Below are positions 29,109 through 39,137 of a stretch of DNA of 64,000 nt, in pieces. The stretch comes from Candidatus Thiodiazotropha sp. (ex Monitilora ramsayi) (GTDB lineage Bacteria > Pseudomonadota > Gammaproteobacteria > Chromatiales > Chromatiaceae), in assembly GCA_025655595.1 (NCBI GenBank), contig JAHXIO010000033.1:1569-65568 (forward strand), given 5' to 3'. The notes under the pieces are model-generated. The model did no database searches, was not told where the DNA came from, and saw only the letters and a program-made list of their open reading frames with translations. Position 1 is the first letter of the stretch; each line of letters starts with the position of its first letter. The position numbers and the translations under genes are program-made.

Positions 29109-30380
29109 TTATGCCGGCTCATCGGAAGTACCGGTTACCTCTTCTCCATCTTCAACGATCCGCTGCAACACTACATGGTGTATACGTCTCGAGGAGGCAT
29201 CCTGTACGCGGATAGAGAGGCCGTCGAGTTCGAAGATCTCATCTTTGGCGGGAATACGCTCCGTATGCTCAAGTAGCCATCGGTTGATTGTGTCGGTCGG
29301 TTTTCCGGGAATATCCAGCCCGAAGAACTCTTCGACAACCCTGAGTTCCGCAGTACCTTTGACGAGAACCCGCTCATCGTCCAATACCATCAGATCTTCC
29401 GGCTTCTCGTCGGTCTCATCGTATATCTCACCGACAAGTTCTTCCAGAAGATCTTCCAGTGATACAACCCCCACCATTGCACCATGCTCGTCTACCACAA
29501 CGGCAAGGTGTCGGCTCTTGGTCTTCAGTGTTCGGATCAATTCATCAATGGGTGTGTTTGCCGGTGTAAAGAGTGGCTCCTGCCCCAATTGATCGATCTC
29601 AATATCCAGATTACCTGTTGCAATCAGGCTGATCAGATCACGCAGTATTACCAGACTGACGATCTCGTCTGGATCTTCCCTATAGAGGGGAATGCGAGTG
29701 TAGTTCTGTTCCAGAATCTCAGGCAGGACATTACGCAACAGGCGACGGCCATCGAGACGGAAAACCTGTCGTCTCGGTGTCATCACATCCTCTGCCTTGA
29801 GGTCGTTAAAGTTGAAGATGCGCTCGATCATCTCCCGCTCACCCGTATCGATCACACCCTCTTCCTCGCCATGTTCGATCAGGGTAATCACTTCTGACTC
29901 TGTCACCAGAGGGTCTTCCATCGCACGGGTCGAAGATTGAATCCAGTTGGTGAACTGAAGGAAGAGCCAGACCAGCGGATAGATCAGACGCATGAAGCCG
30001 TAGATCACCGGTGCAATAAAGAGAGAGATCCGTTCCGAGAAACGAGTGGCGAGACTTTTCGGTGTTATCTCACCGAATACCAGGATCAAAATTGTCAGGA
30101 CACCGACAGCTATACCAGGCCCCGAATCACCGAAGTAGTCAGTCGCAATCACCGTTGCCATCGCCGATGCGGCAATATTGACCACGTTATTGCCGATCAG
30201 GATCGTGATCAGCATTCTGCTGGGATCTTTTTTCAGGGTAAACAAGGCATGTGCGCCTCTCCTACCCTCCTTGAAGAGCGACTCTGCCCGAGCCATGGAT
30301 AGAGAGACCAATGCGGTCTCCGATCCGGAGAAAACGCCAGACAGCACCAAAAGTACCGCCAGAATCAGATAATTTTCCAC
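29109..30380 (-). CDS. CNNM/HlyC/CorC-family transporter (DUF21 + CBS pair + CorC_HlyC)
   Basis: It has an N-terminal 4-TM DUF21 (SGSETALVS), a CBS pair (DVMTPRRQV....IPLYRE) and a C-terminal CorC_HlyC domain. Confidence 0.85.
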   Translation of the reverse strand: MENYLILAVLLVLSGVFSGSETALVSLSMARAESLFKEGRRGAHALFTLKKDPSRMLITILIGNNVVNIAASAMATVIATDYFGDSGPGIAVGVLTILILVFGEITPKSLATRFSERISLFIAPVIYGFMRLIYPLVWLFLQFTNWIQSSTRAMEDPLVTESEVITLIEHGEEEGVIDTGEREMIERIFNFNDLKAEDVMTPRRQVFRLDGRRLLRNVLPEILEQNYTRIPLYREDPDEIVSLVILRDLISLIATGNLDIEIDQLGQEPLFTPANTPIDELIRTLKTKSRHLAVVVDEHGAMVGVVSLEDLLEELVGEIYDETDEKPEDLMVLDDERVLVKGTAELRVVEEFFGLDIPGKPTDTINRWLLEHTERIPAKDEIFELDGLSIRVQDASSRRIHHVVLQRIVEDGEEVTGTSDEPA

Positions 30381-30753
30381 TGAGTTTCAAAAAATCTCAC
30401 GCCGCGAGGGCCCAGTGATGAATTATCACTGCTAACACATTGAATCACAACTGGTTGAAGGGATATTTTTTCCTATCGTACAAACACTGTGCCCACGGGA
30501 TAGAAGATGGACCTGACATTGAGGTGTAATCAGATGCCGAATCCCATATTTTCAATGAGTTATGGAATTTGTCTGCGATACATTCCACAACCTGTATGCT
30601 TTGCATTCATGATTTGATATTCACCAGTCAATATGGATCCTTCGATTCCTCCCCCGAATATCAGAGTCATACCACTTTATGGACTTGGACTCTTGTATGA
30701 TAGGTGCCATATTTCGTTTCAATTACCGTCAGTTGCCCGTTCGATGTCGTGCC

Positions 30754-31464
30754 ATGAAAAGAATTCTGATAGTCGAAGATGAACCTGAAATCCGAGAGAT
30801 GATCCGCTTCAGCCTGGAACCCAAGGGATATCTCATCAACGAAGCGGACAATGCCCAGGAGGCCCGCAAGCTCCTTTCACAACATGCTTATGACTTGATA
30901 CTCATGGACTGGATGCTGCCGGGACGTTCCGGTCTGGAATTTACCAGAGAGATCAAGCAAAAGAATCAGAAACCGTCGCCACCCATTATCATGCTGACCG
31001 CACGGGCAAATGAGTCGGATAAGGTTGAGGGCCTCGACAGTGGCGCCGACGACTACATCACAAAACCCTTTTCACCGAGGGAACTGGCTGCCCGAATCAA
31101 GGCAGTGATCCGACGCAGCCATCGCGAGGAAGATGAGACTTCATTGGATTTTGAGGGATTATGTTTGGATCCCGTGCAGCATCAGGTCAGTCTCCACGGG
31201 AGTCCCATCAATCTTTCACCGGCTGAATATAATCTGCTTCATTTCTTCATGTCTCATCCTGATCGTGCTTACAGCCGTTCTCAGATACTGGACAAAGTCT
31301 GGGGTGACAATGCTTATGTTGAAGAACGTACTGTCGACGTACATATACGGAGACTGAGAAAAGTGCTTGCCGTGTCCGGGCACGATGCCTTCATTCAGAC
31401 TGTCCGTGGTGTCGGATACCGTTTCACACCGGACAAGCTGAAAACCAGCCGGGACAATTCGTGA
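30754..31464 (+). CDS. phoB: phosphate regulon response regulator PhoB
   Basis: MKRILIVEDEPEIREMI...LILMDWMLPG.SG plus an OmpR-type winged helix (RTVDVHIRRLRK...IQTVRGVGYRF). It overlaps phoR by 4 nt. The internal ATG at 30754 was chosen over the longer ORF. Confidence 0.93.
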   Translation: MKRILIVEDEPEIREMIRFSLEPKGYLINEADNAQEARKLLSQHAYDLILMDWMLPGRSGLEFTREIKQKNQKPSPPIIMLTARANESDKVEGLDSGADDYITKPFSPRELAARIKAVIRRSHREEDETSLDFEGLCLDPVQHQVSLHGSPINLSPAEYNLLHFFMSHPDRAYSRSQILDKVWGDNAYVEERTVDVHIRRLRKVLAVSGHDAFIQTVRGVGYRFTPDKLKTSRDNS

Positions 31465-32789
31465 AGCAGTACATCCGAATAGAGATCAGCCAGCTTGTGG
31501 GCATCATGCTGATATTCAGCACCATAGGCTATCTGACCGGACAGATCCATCTCTCCCTCATCACGGCAATGGCCGTTTATTTTGCCAAACACGGCTACTA
31601 TCTGGCCAAGCTTGCCAGTTTGATCGAAAGTGAAGAGCATATTTCACCACCCTACCCGCCTGATATTTGGGGCCTGATCTACAAAGAGCTGGCAAGGCAT
31701 CGCATGCGAAGCCGTAAGCGTAAAAGGACCCTGAACAGGTTCGCCTCACGTTTCCGGAAAGTAGCCACCTCCATACCCGACGGCCTGCTCATGCTCAATA
31801 AACCGGGGCGTCTTGAATGGGCCAACCCGGCAGCCAACCAATTGTTGAATATCAGTTGGCCTCGCGACGAGGGGATTTCCATCACTCAGCTATTGCATGT
31901 TGAGGGTCTCAAAGAGTATCTGGAATCTCCGGACTACACCAAACCCCTCGAGTTCTCCTCCCCGGTCAACAAAGCCATTATTCTGTCCTTAAGAGTTACA
32001 CCCTTCGGCAGTAAAAAGGCGCAGCGGTTACTGGTTGCGAGAAACATCACTGAGCTCTACAACCTGAATCAAACTCGGCGTGACTTTGTGTCGAACGTTT
32101 CACATGAGTTACGCACACCCTTGACCGTCATATCCGGCTTTCTGGAGAACCTGAGCGATAATGAAATGCTCGAGTTCCAAAAGCGACCGTTCCACCTCAT
32201 GTTGCAGCAGGCGGAGCGGATGAATACGATTATCAATGACCTGCTCACCCTATCGAGGCTCGAAATGGGCAAGGCGCCCTCTTCCGAAAAGCCTGTCTAT
32301 GTACCGAATCTACTGTATAAGATTGTCGACCAAGCCAAGGCATTGGCCGAGCAGAAGGGTGGATACGACATTACGGTGGATGTGGACGAGGAGCTCTGCC
32401 TGGTCGGCGAAGAAAATGAACTGCTGAGTGCATTCTCCAATCTCATCTACAACGCCATTATTCACACGCCGCCGATGACAAAAATCAGTATATCCTGGCG
32501 TCGCGAGGGAGAGAGGGCCTGCTTCAGTGTCATTGATACCGGACCGGGTATCGATCAGCAAGCTATCCCAAGACTGACTGAAAGATTCTATCGTGTTGAT
32601 AAGGCACGCTCACGCCAATCCGGCGGCACCGGACTCGGCCTGGCGATTGTGAAACACATTATTGGAAGGCATGAGGGTGAGTTACGTATTTCAAGCCAAC
32701 CTGGCATGGGAAGCCAATTCGACTGTACGTTCCCAGGTGAGATGCTGCTGGATAAGAATCAGCTACAGCAGCAGCAAGAGGCCAGCTAG
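31461..32789 (+). CDS. phoR: phosphate regulon sensor histidine kinase PhoR
   Basis: It has an N-terminal membrane anchor, a PAS domain, an H-box (FVSNVSHELRTPLTV), and N, G1 and G2 boxes (NLIYNAIIHT, DTGPGI, GGTGLGLAIV). Confidence 0.9.
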   Translation: MKQYIRIEISQLVGIMLIFSTIGYLTGQIHLSLITAMAVYFAKHGYYLAKLASLIESEEHISPPYPPDIWGLIYKELARHRMRSRKRKRTLNRFASRFRKVATSIPDGLLMLNKPGRLEWANPAANQLLNISWPRDEGISITQLLHVEGLKEYLESPDYTKPLEFSSPVNKAIILSLRVTPFGSKKAQRLLVARNITELYNLNQTRRDFVSNVSHELRTPLTVISGFLENLSDNEMLEFQKRPFHLMLQQAERMNTIINDLLTLSRLEMGKAPSSEKPVYVPNLLYKIVDQAKALAEQKGGYDITVDVDEELCLVGEENELLSAFSNLIYNAIIHTPPMTKISISWRREGERACFSVIDTGPGIDQQAIPRLTERFYRVDKARSRQSGGTGLGLAIVKHIIGRHEGELRISSQPGMGSQFDCTFPGEMLLDKNQLQQQQEAS

Positions 32790-32816
32790 CGGATCAAATG
32801 ACGCGCCGCCCTGCTT

Positions 32817-33128
32817 CTAAGAGGCCGTTTCCTGCAACTCCTCGACAAAGCCACTGTTGACCCGATCTCTCAGTTCTTTACCTGGCTTGAAGTGAGGCAC
32901 ATACTTACCCGATAGGGCGACGGTCTTACCAGTTTTAGGATTGCGGCCCATTCTCGGTGGACGAAAATGGAGAGAAAAGCTGCCGAAGCCGCGAATTTCA
33001 ATCCTCTCGCCGGAAGCCAGAGATTGGCTCATGTGCTCGATCATGCATTTCACCGCCAACTCCACATCCCGATAGGCAAGGTGGCTTTGCTCCTTGGCAA
33101 TAATTTCAATCAACTCGGATTTTGTCAT
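32817..33128 (-). CDS. ihfB: integration host factor subunit beta
   Basis: [11 protein letters not shown]...[26 protein letters not shown]. ~103 aa, located directly downstream of rpsA. Confidence 0.93.
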   Translation of the reverse strand: MTKSELIEIIAKEQSHLAYRDVELAVKCMIEHMSQSLASGERIEIRGFGSFSLHFRPPRMGRNPKTGKTVALSGKYVPHFKPGKELRDRVNSGFVEELQETAS

Positions 33129-33157
33129 TCTTCTCCGTTCTCCAGTTTGCTGATTGT

Positions 33158-33180
33158 CGGGGACCGCATTGCGGTCCCCG
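33158..33180 (-). terminator. GC-rich hairpin between rpsA and ihfB (possible attenuator or processing site)
   Basis: CGGGGACCGC-att-GCGGTCCCCG forms a 10-bp perfect stem. No U-run follows it on the minus strand, so it is at best a partial terminator. Confidence 0.35.
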
Positions 33181-33227
33181 TCCAGTATCAAAGCCTCTGA
33201 GACTGCTGAGTCAGGACTCGTTTTTCC

Positions 33228-34904
33228 TTAGTCGCCCTGGTTGTCCATCTGTTCTTTCAGCAGATCGCCCAGTGTCGGGGCGCTGGTAGCCGCATCGCGG
33301 GCATAGCCCTTGATCGCAGCTGCCTCTTCATCGGCATCTTTTGCTTTTATCGAAAGGGAAATAGTGCGGTTCTTGCGGTCTACACCGATGAACTTCGCCT
33401 CTACCTCGTCACCTTCCTTCAAAATGCTTCTCGCATCTTCAACCCGGTCGCGAGAAAGTTCGGAAGCTCGCAGATAACCATCGACGCCTTCCGCGAGGGA
33501 AATAACGGCACCTTTTGCATCCACTTCAGCCACCGTACCTTTGACGAAGCTGCCCTTCTCATTGGCAGCAACGAACGATGAGAACGGATCCTGAGCAAGC
33601 TGTTTGACACCCAGGGAGATACGCTCGCGCTCGGGGTCGACAGAAAGCACTACAGTTTCCAGCTCATCACCCTTCTTAAACTTGCGAATCGCATCCTCAC
33701 CCTCATCATCCCAGGTAATATCGGAGAGATGAATCAGGCCGTCGATACCGCCGTCCAGACCGATGAATATACCGAAATCGGTGATCGACTTGATGCTGCC
33801 GCTGACATGATCGCCCTTTTTGTGGGTAGCGGCGAACTCGTCCCAGGGATTCGGCTTACACTGTTTGATACCGAGGGAGACGCGACGACGCTCCTCATCG
33901 ATGTCCAGTACCATAACCTCGACTTCGTCACCCAGGGAGACAATCTTCGACGGATGTACGTTTTTATTCGTCCAATCCATCTCGGAGACATGCACCAGAC
34001 CTTCGACACCCTCTTCGATCTCCACGAAACAGCCGTAATCGGCAATATTGGTGACCTTGCCAAACAGGCGTGTACTTTCCGGATAACGACGCGCCAATGC
34101 GACCCATGGATCATCACCCATCTGCTTCAGACCCAGGGAGACACGATTGCGTTCACGGTCAAACTTCAGAACCTTGACGTTGATCTCATCACCGATCTCA
34201 ACCACCTCGGACGGATGCTTGACACGCTTCCACGCCATATCGGTGATATGCAACAGACCGTCGATACCGCCCAGGTCGACAAACGCACCATAGTCGGTGA
34301 GGTTCTTGATAACACCTTTGATCTCCTGACCTTCCTGGAGATTCTCAAGCAGTTTCTCTCGCTCTTCGCTGTACTCCTGCTCAACAACCGCACGACGGGA
34401 GACAACCACATTGTTGCGGCGACGATCCAGCTTGATCACCTTGAATTCGAGATCCTTACCTTCCAGATAGGAGGTATCACGGACTGGTCGGACATCGACC
34501 AGGGAACCGGGGAGGAACGCGCGAATATCGCTCAGCTCGACAGTGAAGCCGCCTTTGACTTTACCGTTGATGCGGCCGATGACGGTCTCATCCGCCTCGT
34601 GGGCCTTTTCGAGCTGTTTCCAGGCCTGATCGCGCTTGGCCTTTTCACGGGAGAGCCGGGTGGCACCATAGCCATCCTCCACCGCATCCAATGCGACTTC
34701 AACCTGGTCACCGACGGAGACTTCGATCTCTCCATCCTGATTCAGGAACTGTGTGCGCGGGATGACGCCTTCAGATTTCAGGCCGGCGTTGACGATGACA
34801 GCTTCAGACGTGATGTCCATAACGGTGCCGATGATGATGGCGCCTGTGCGTAGCTGTGTGCTGGAGAGGCTCTCCTCAAATAATTCTGCAAAACTTTCGG
34901 TCAT
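33228..34904 (-). CDS. rpsA: 30S ribosomal protein S1
   Basis: Six S1 repeats, an [14 protein letters not shown]-terminus, 558 aa. Confidence 0.97.
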   Translation of the reverse strand: MTESFAELFEESLSSTQLRTGAIIIGTVMDITSEAVIVNAGLKSEGVIPRTQFLNQDGEIEVSVGDQVEVALDAVEDGYGATRLSREKAKRDQAWKQLEKAHEADETVIGRINGKVKGGFTVELSDIRAFLPGSLVDVRPVRDTSYLEGKDLEFKVIKLDRRRNNVVVSRRAVVEQEYSEEREKLLENLQEGQEIKGVIKNLTDYGAFVDLGGIDGLLHITDMAWKRVKHPSEVVEIGDEINVKVLKFDRERNRVSLGLKQMGDDPWVALARRYPESTRLFGKVTNIADYGCFVEIEEGVEGLVHVSEMDWTNKNVHPSKIVSLGDEVEVMVLDIDEERRRVSLGIKQCKPNPWDEFAATHKKGDHVSGSIKSITDFGIFIGLDGGIDGLIHLSDITWDDEGEDAIRKFKKGDELETVVLSVDPERERISLGVKQLAQDPFSSFVAANEKGSFVKGTVAEVDAKGAVISLAEGVDGYLRASELSRDRVEDARSILKEGDEVEAKFIGVDRKNRTISLSIKAKDADEEAAAIKGYARDAATSAPTLGDLLKEQMDNQGD

Positions 34905-35054
34905 GGGTTTGGATATCCTGCAACGCTAGGGTTGCATCGACGAAAACACACTAAAACAAACAGTTGAAGAGGTTTCGTCAGTTCGTTAATAGTGAAACAC
35001 ATAGCCGGCTTAGAGCCGACCGCCCTATCTCAATCTTAGAGTACTATTCTGAGG

Positions 35055-35732
35055 TCAGATGCCAGACAAATCCGGAAAGGTCTCATGCACCTTCCCCACC
35101 ACCTGGCTGAAGACTTCATCAATAGACAGCTGTGTAGAGTCCAACGTCAGCGCATCTTCCGCCGCCTTCAATGGGGCCGCAGTACGTTGACTGTCGCGCT
35201 CATCACGCTCTCTGATCTCTTCGATGAGACCGGCGAGATTAACACCCAATCCCTTTTCTTTCAACTGTTTATAGCGCCTTTTCGCCCTCTCCTCGGGACT
35301 CGCGGTGAGAAATATCTTAAGTTGGGCTTGTGGGAAAACCACCGTCCCCATATCTCTACCATCCGCCACCAGGCCTGGGGGTTTGGCATAATCACGCTGC
35401 CATGCCAACAGTGCGGTACGCACCTCGGGAATAGCCGCCACTTTTGAAGCTTGATTACCTGCAGTTTCGGTACGGATTTCACCCGTAACGTCCTCACCCG
35501 ACAGCAAGGCACGTTCTCCATCGAATGAAAGAGGCATGCTTCTCGCTAGTTCCGCTATTTTCCCTACACTATCAACGCTGATATCGACACGATCCACCAT
35601 GAGCCCCAATACGCGATAGATCGCCCCACTATCGAGAAAGTGCCACTTCAGATGCGCCGCGAGACGTTGCGCGAGCGTCCCCTTACCGGAACCGGAGGGA
35701 CCATCGACGGTAATGATCCTGATTTCGTTCAC
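35055..35732 (-). CDS. cmk: cytidylate kinase
   Basis: ITVDGPSGSGKGT P-loop, LDSGAIYR, ~225 aa, overlapping aroA by 4 nt. Confidence 0.93.
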   Translation of the reverse strand: MNEIRIITVDGPSGSGKGTLAQRLAAHLKWHFLDSGAIYRVLGLMVDRVDISVDSVGKIAELARSMPLSFDGERALLSGEDVTGEIRTETAGNQASKVAAIPEVRTALLAWQRDYAKPPGLVADGRDMGTVVFPQAQLKIFLTASPEERAKRRYKQLKEKGLGVNLAGLIEEIRERDERDSQRTAAPLKAAEDALTLDSTQLSIDEVFSQVVGKVHETFPDLSGI

Positions 35733-37054
35733 CCGGCCTCCGACTGTTGAATAGACAATCCCGACTGCGATGCAAGACGGACAAAACCGGGAAATGAGGT
35801 ATTCACATTAGCGCAGTCCAGGATCTCCACACGACCCGATGCACGTAACGCCGCCATTGCAAAGGACATTGCGATCCTGTGATCCCCATGGCTTTCCACA
35901 CAACCTCCAGTCAAACTCCCGCCTTGAATGACAATACCGTCTTGTGTGGGTGATGCGTCAATCCCCAGCACCTTCAGACCGTCTGCCATTACCTGAATCC
36001 GATCGCTCTCTTTGACCCGAAGCTCTTCGGCACCGGTCAAGCGCGTGACACCGTCAGCACAGGCGGCAGCAATAAAGATTGCCGGGAATTCGTCGATGGC
36101 AAGCGGGACCAGGGCTTCAGGGATATCAATACCATGTAACTGGCTTGAACGGACCCGGATATCGGCCACGGTTTCCCCACCAACAACCTGTTCATTCTCA
36201 ATCTCAATATCACCCCCCATCAGGCGCAGGATCGATATCACTCCGTCCCTGGTTGGGTTGATGCCCACATGGTGTAACAGAAGCTCAGATCCGGAGGCGA
36301 TGGAGGCGCCCACCAGAAAGAACGCAGCTGAAGAGATATCCGCCGGAACATCGATCCGGCAGGCCTTCAGGCTTCCGCCACCGACCAGCGAAACCCGACT
36401 CCCCTGCCGCTCGACTGAATATCCGAAGCCTTCAAGCATCCGTTCTGTATGATCCCGAGTCGGTGCCGGCTCCGTTACCCGGGTCTCTCCTTCTGCATAG
36501 AGCCCTGCCAGCAGCACGGCCGATTTAACCTGCGCACTGGCCATCGGTAATGCATAGTCGATGCCCTTCATTTCACGGTTTGGTGAAATCACCAGCGGTG
36601 CGGTACCCGATTCGGTTGCACCGATAACGGCGCCCATTTGCGTCAGAGGGTCTATAACACGACCCATCGGCCGCCCGGATAGTGAGCTGTCACCGGTCAA
36701 TGTTATCTGGAGCCCCTGGCCCGCCAACAACCCGCAGAGCAGTCGCATCGAGGTACCGGAATTGCCGAGGTCGAGTGGCCCGTCGGGCGACTGGAGCCCG
36801 TGCATACCGACACCGTGGATGCTGACCCTACCCGCTTCAGGACCCTCGATCTCCACCCCCATGGCGCGAAAGGCATTCAGGGTTGCCAGGCTGTCATCGC
36901 CTTCGAGAAAGCCTGTCACCTCAGTAACCCCGTCTGCCAGAGAACCCAGCATGATCGAGCGATGGGATATGGATTTGTCGCCGGGTACACGCAATGTACC
37001 TGTGAGATGCCCCCCCGGATCGACTTGGTATTTCAATGAATTCTTAGTATGCAT
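35729..37054 (-). CDS. aroA: 3-phosphoshikimate 1-carboxyvinyltransferase (EPSP synthase)
   Basis: PGDKSISHR, LGNSGTSMRLL, DHRIAMSFA, 441 aa. Confidence 0.95.
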   Translation of the reverse strand: MHTKNSLKYQVDPGGHLTGTLRVPGDKSISHRSIMLGSLADGVTEVTGFLEGDDSLATLNAFRAMGVEIEGPEAGRVSIHGVGMHGLQSPDGPLDLGNSGTSMRLLCGLLAGQGLQITLTGDSSLSGRPMGRVIDPLTQMGAVIGATESGTAPLVISPNREMKGIDYALPMASAQVKSAVLLAGLYAEGETRVTEPAPTRDHTERMLEGFGYSVERQGSRVSLVGGGSLKACRIDVPADISSAAFFLVGASIASGSELLLHHVGINPTRDGVISILRLMGGDIEIENEQVVGGETVADIRVRSSQLHGIDIPEALVPLAIDEFPAIFIAAACADGVTRLTGAEELRVKESDRIQVMADGLKVLGIDASPTQDGIVIQGGSLTGGCVESHGDHRIAMSFAMAALRASGRVEILDCANVNTSFPGFVRLASQSGLSIQQSEAG

Positions 37055-37109
37055 TGTTCTTTATCTAACTTTGTGAACCCGTTGCCGACCGGTTGGCTCA
37101 TGCTGTACT

Positions 37110-37976
37110 TCACTCGACCCCATCGATATATCTGTCTCTCGCCTGTTTCGCCCGCTCAAAGATCTGCAGCAAGCCTTCACTGTCACCTGCCTCGAGTGTT
37201 GCCGCTAACTCGTGCAGTTCATCGGCAAAGCGGGTCAGCATGGTACTGAGCTTTTCCTGATTGGCAAGGCAGATATCCCGCCACATGACGGGATTGCTGG
37301 AGGCGATTCGGGTGAAATCCCTAAAACCGCCGGCGGCATAACGAAAGATCTCGTCATTCTCTTTGAGCCGGGCCAGGCTATCCACCAGGCTGAATGCCAG
37401 CATATGAGGCAGGTGACTCGTCGCAGCCAGTATCTCGTCATGATGTTGCACCGACATGCAGGTAATCTCAGCCCCACATTGACGCCACATCTGCTCGACT
37501 CGTGACAACGCCTTGGTGTCTGTCTCCCCGGTCGGTGTCAGAATCACCCGACGATTACGATAGAGCGAAGCAAAGGCGGCATCAGCGCCACTCCTCTCTG
37601 TACCTGCGATTGGGTGTCCTGGTACAAACCACTCCGGTACTTCACCATAGACCACCTGCAGATCATTGATGACACTGCCTTTGACACTGCCGGCATCCGT
37701 GACCACTGCATCGGGGGGGAGATGATCACGGATACGACTCAGTGTCCCTTGCATCGCACCAAGCGGTACGGCCAGCAGTACCATGTCTGCACCTTCTACC
37801 GCTTCGGCGGGATCATGAGTATAGCTGTCGACAATACCCAACTGCTTGGCCCGGACCAGGTTCTCCTCGCTGCGGCCGCAACCGACGACTTTTCCGACAC
37901 TCTGAGACTCGCGGAGCGCCAGTGAGACTGAGCCTCCTATCAATCCGACACCAATGATGGCAAGCCTTTCGATCAT
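37110..37976 (-). CDS. tyrA: prephenate/arogenate dehydrogenase
   Basis: It has a Rossmann N-terminus (IIGVGLIGGS), and HPIAG and SHLPH motifs. It overlaps hisC by 4 nt. Confidence 0.9.
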   Translation of the reverse strand: MIERLAIIGVGLIGGSVSLALRESQSVGKVVGCGRSEENLVRAKQLGIVDSYTHDPAEAVEGADMVLLAVPLGAMQGTLSRIRDHLPPDAVVTDAGSVKGSVINDLQVVYGEVPEWFVPGHPIAGTERSGADAAFASLYRNRRVILTPTGETDTKALSRVEQMWRQCGAEITCMSVQHHDEILAATSHLPHMLAFSLVDSLARLKENDEIFRYAAGGFRDFTRIASSNPVMWRDICLANQEKLSTMLTRFADELHELAATLEAGDSEGLLQIFERAKQARDRYIDGVE

Positions 37977-39073
37977 GCAGACAGAACCTCCCGGAAACCA
38001 TCGAGCAGCCTCTCATTCTCTGCATGCAGACCGACAGTCAGCCTGAGATGATTAGGCATGCCATAGTTGGCAAGCGGTCGGGTGATACAACCCAGTCGCA
38101 GGAGTGCTTGGTCGATCGGTCCCGCCTCCCGGTTAAAATCCACAGTGAGAAAATTGCCTACGGATGGAATATAGCCAAGCCCGAGCTGCTCTACTCCCGC
38201 CACCAGTTGGGCCATGCCCACCCGGTTTGTCTCAACAGAACGTTCGATAAAAACCGGGTCCTGCAATGCCGCCAAAGCCCCAACCAGGGCCAGACTGTTG
38301 ACATTAAAAGGCTGCCGCACGCGATTCAGCAGTTCAGCGACATCGGGATGCGAAAGCGAATAGCCCACGCGAAGCGAAGCCAGTCCGTATGCCTTGGAGA
38401 ATGTGCGGGTAACAATCAGGTTGGGGAATTCATCCAACCACTGTGAGGCGTCCGGATAGTCCGGTTGATCGACATACTCCGTATAGGCCTCATCAACCAC
38501 CACAATCACTTCAGCCGGAAGATCGCGAATGAAGGCGTACAGCGCCTCTTTGTCCACCCAGGTTCCCGTCGGGTTGTTGGGATTGGCTATCCACACCACA
38601 CGGGTTTTGGGTGTCACCCTTTCCCGCATGGCGGTGAGATCGTGTCCATAGTGCCTGGCTGGTGCAACAACCAAGTCAGCACCCATAGCCTGGCTGCTGA
38701 TCGGGTAGACCGCGAAGGCATATTGGGAAAAAAGCGATTCAGTGTCCGGTGTCAGGAAGACCCGAGCCACCATATCCAAGACATCGTTGGAACCGTTACC
38801 CAGCGTAATGCGTTCGGCTGTGATGCCATGCTTCTGAGCTAGCGCCTGTCGCAGTTCGAATCCGCCGCCATCCGGATAGCGGGCCAAATCCGGTAGCGCC
38901 GCCTGGATGGCTTCGACAACCATAGGGCTGGCGCCTAAGGGATTCTCATTCGAGGCCAACTTGATGGAATGGGTGATACCCAGCTCCCGTTCCAGCTCGG
39001 AAATCGGTTTGCCCGGGGTGTAAGGCTTGAGCTCACTAATGGCGGGGGCTGCAATGTGGAGGAAGGCATTCAT
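37973..39073 (-). CDS. hisC: histidinol-phosphate / aromatic aminotransferase
   Basis: A class II aminotransferase: LASNENPLG, NPNNPTG, and TFSKAYGLA with the PLP lysine. Confidence 0.9.
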   Translation of the reverse strand: MNAFLHIAAPAISELKPYTPGKPISELERELGITHSIKLASNENPLGASPMVVEAIQAALPDLARYPDGGGFELRQALAQKHGITAERITLGNGSNDVLDMVARVFLTPDTESLFSQYAFAVYPISSQAMGADLVVAPARHYGHDLTAMRERVTPKTRVVWIANPNNPTGTWVDKEALYAFIRDLPAEVIVVVDEAYTEYVDQPDYPDASQWLDEFPNLIVTRTFSKAYGLASLRVGYSLSHPDVAELLNRVRQPFNVNSLALVGALAALQDPVFIERSVETNRVGMAQLVAGVEQLGLGYIPSVGNFLTVDFNREAGPIDQALLRLGCITRPLANYGMPNHLRLTVGLHAENERLLDGFREVLSA

Positions 39074-39137
39074 CTTCAGATCAAATCGTCTCAGGCTCTA
39101 AGCAGAAAGGTATAATACAAGGCCGGTAGCTTCCCGG

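Noticed and set aside
30600-30753. A Pho box upstream of phoB.
   Set aside because: TCA-containing repeats are present (ATTCATGATTTGATATTCACCAGTCAATA), but their spacing (14 and 7 nt) does not fit the 11-bp-phased CTGTCAT direct repeats. A weight-matrix scan is needed.
30679-30753. N-terminal extensions of several ORF-track entries: phoB (30679), ihfB (33191), mtnA (46502), mtaD (46618), kefB-like (53878), msrA (59828) and GH63 (9087).
   Set aside because: Alignment to the known family N-termini, together with SD positions, supports the internal starts listed in the features.
33729-34853. A 374-aa ORF on the plus strand.
   Set aside because: It lies entirely antisense to rpsA, which is unambiguous. 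The translation is low-complexity and rich in D, T, L and I, with no motifs, as is typical of a shadow ORF.
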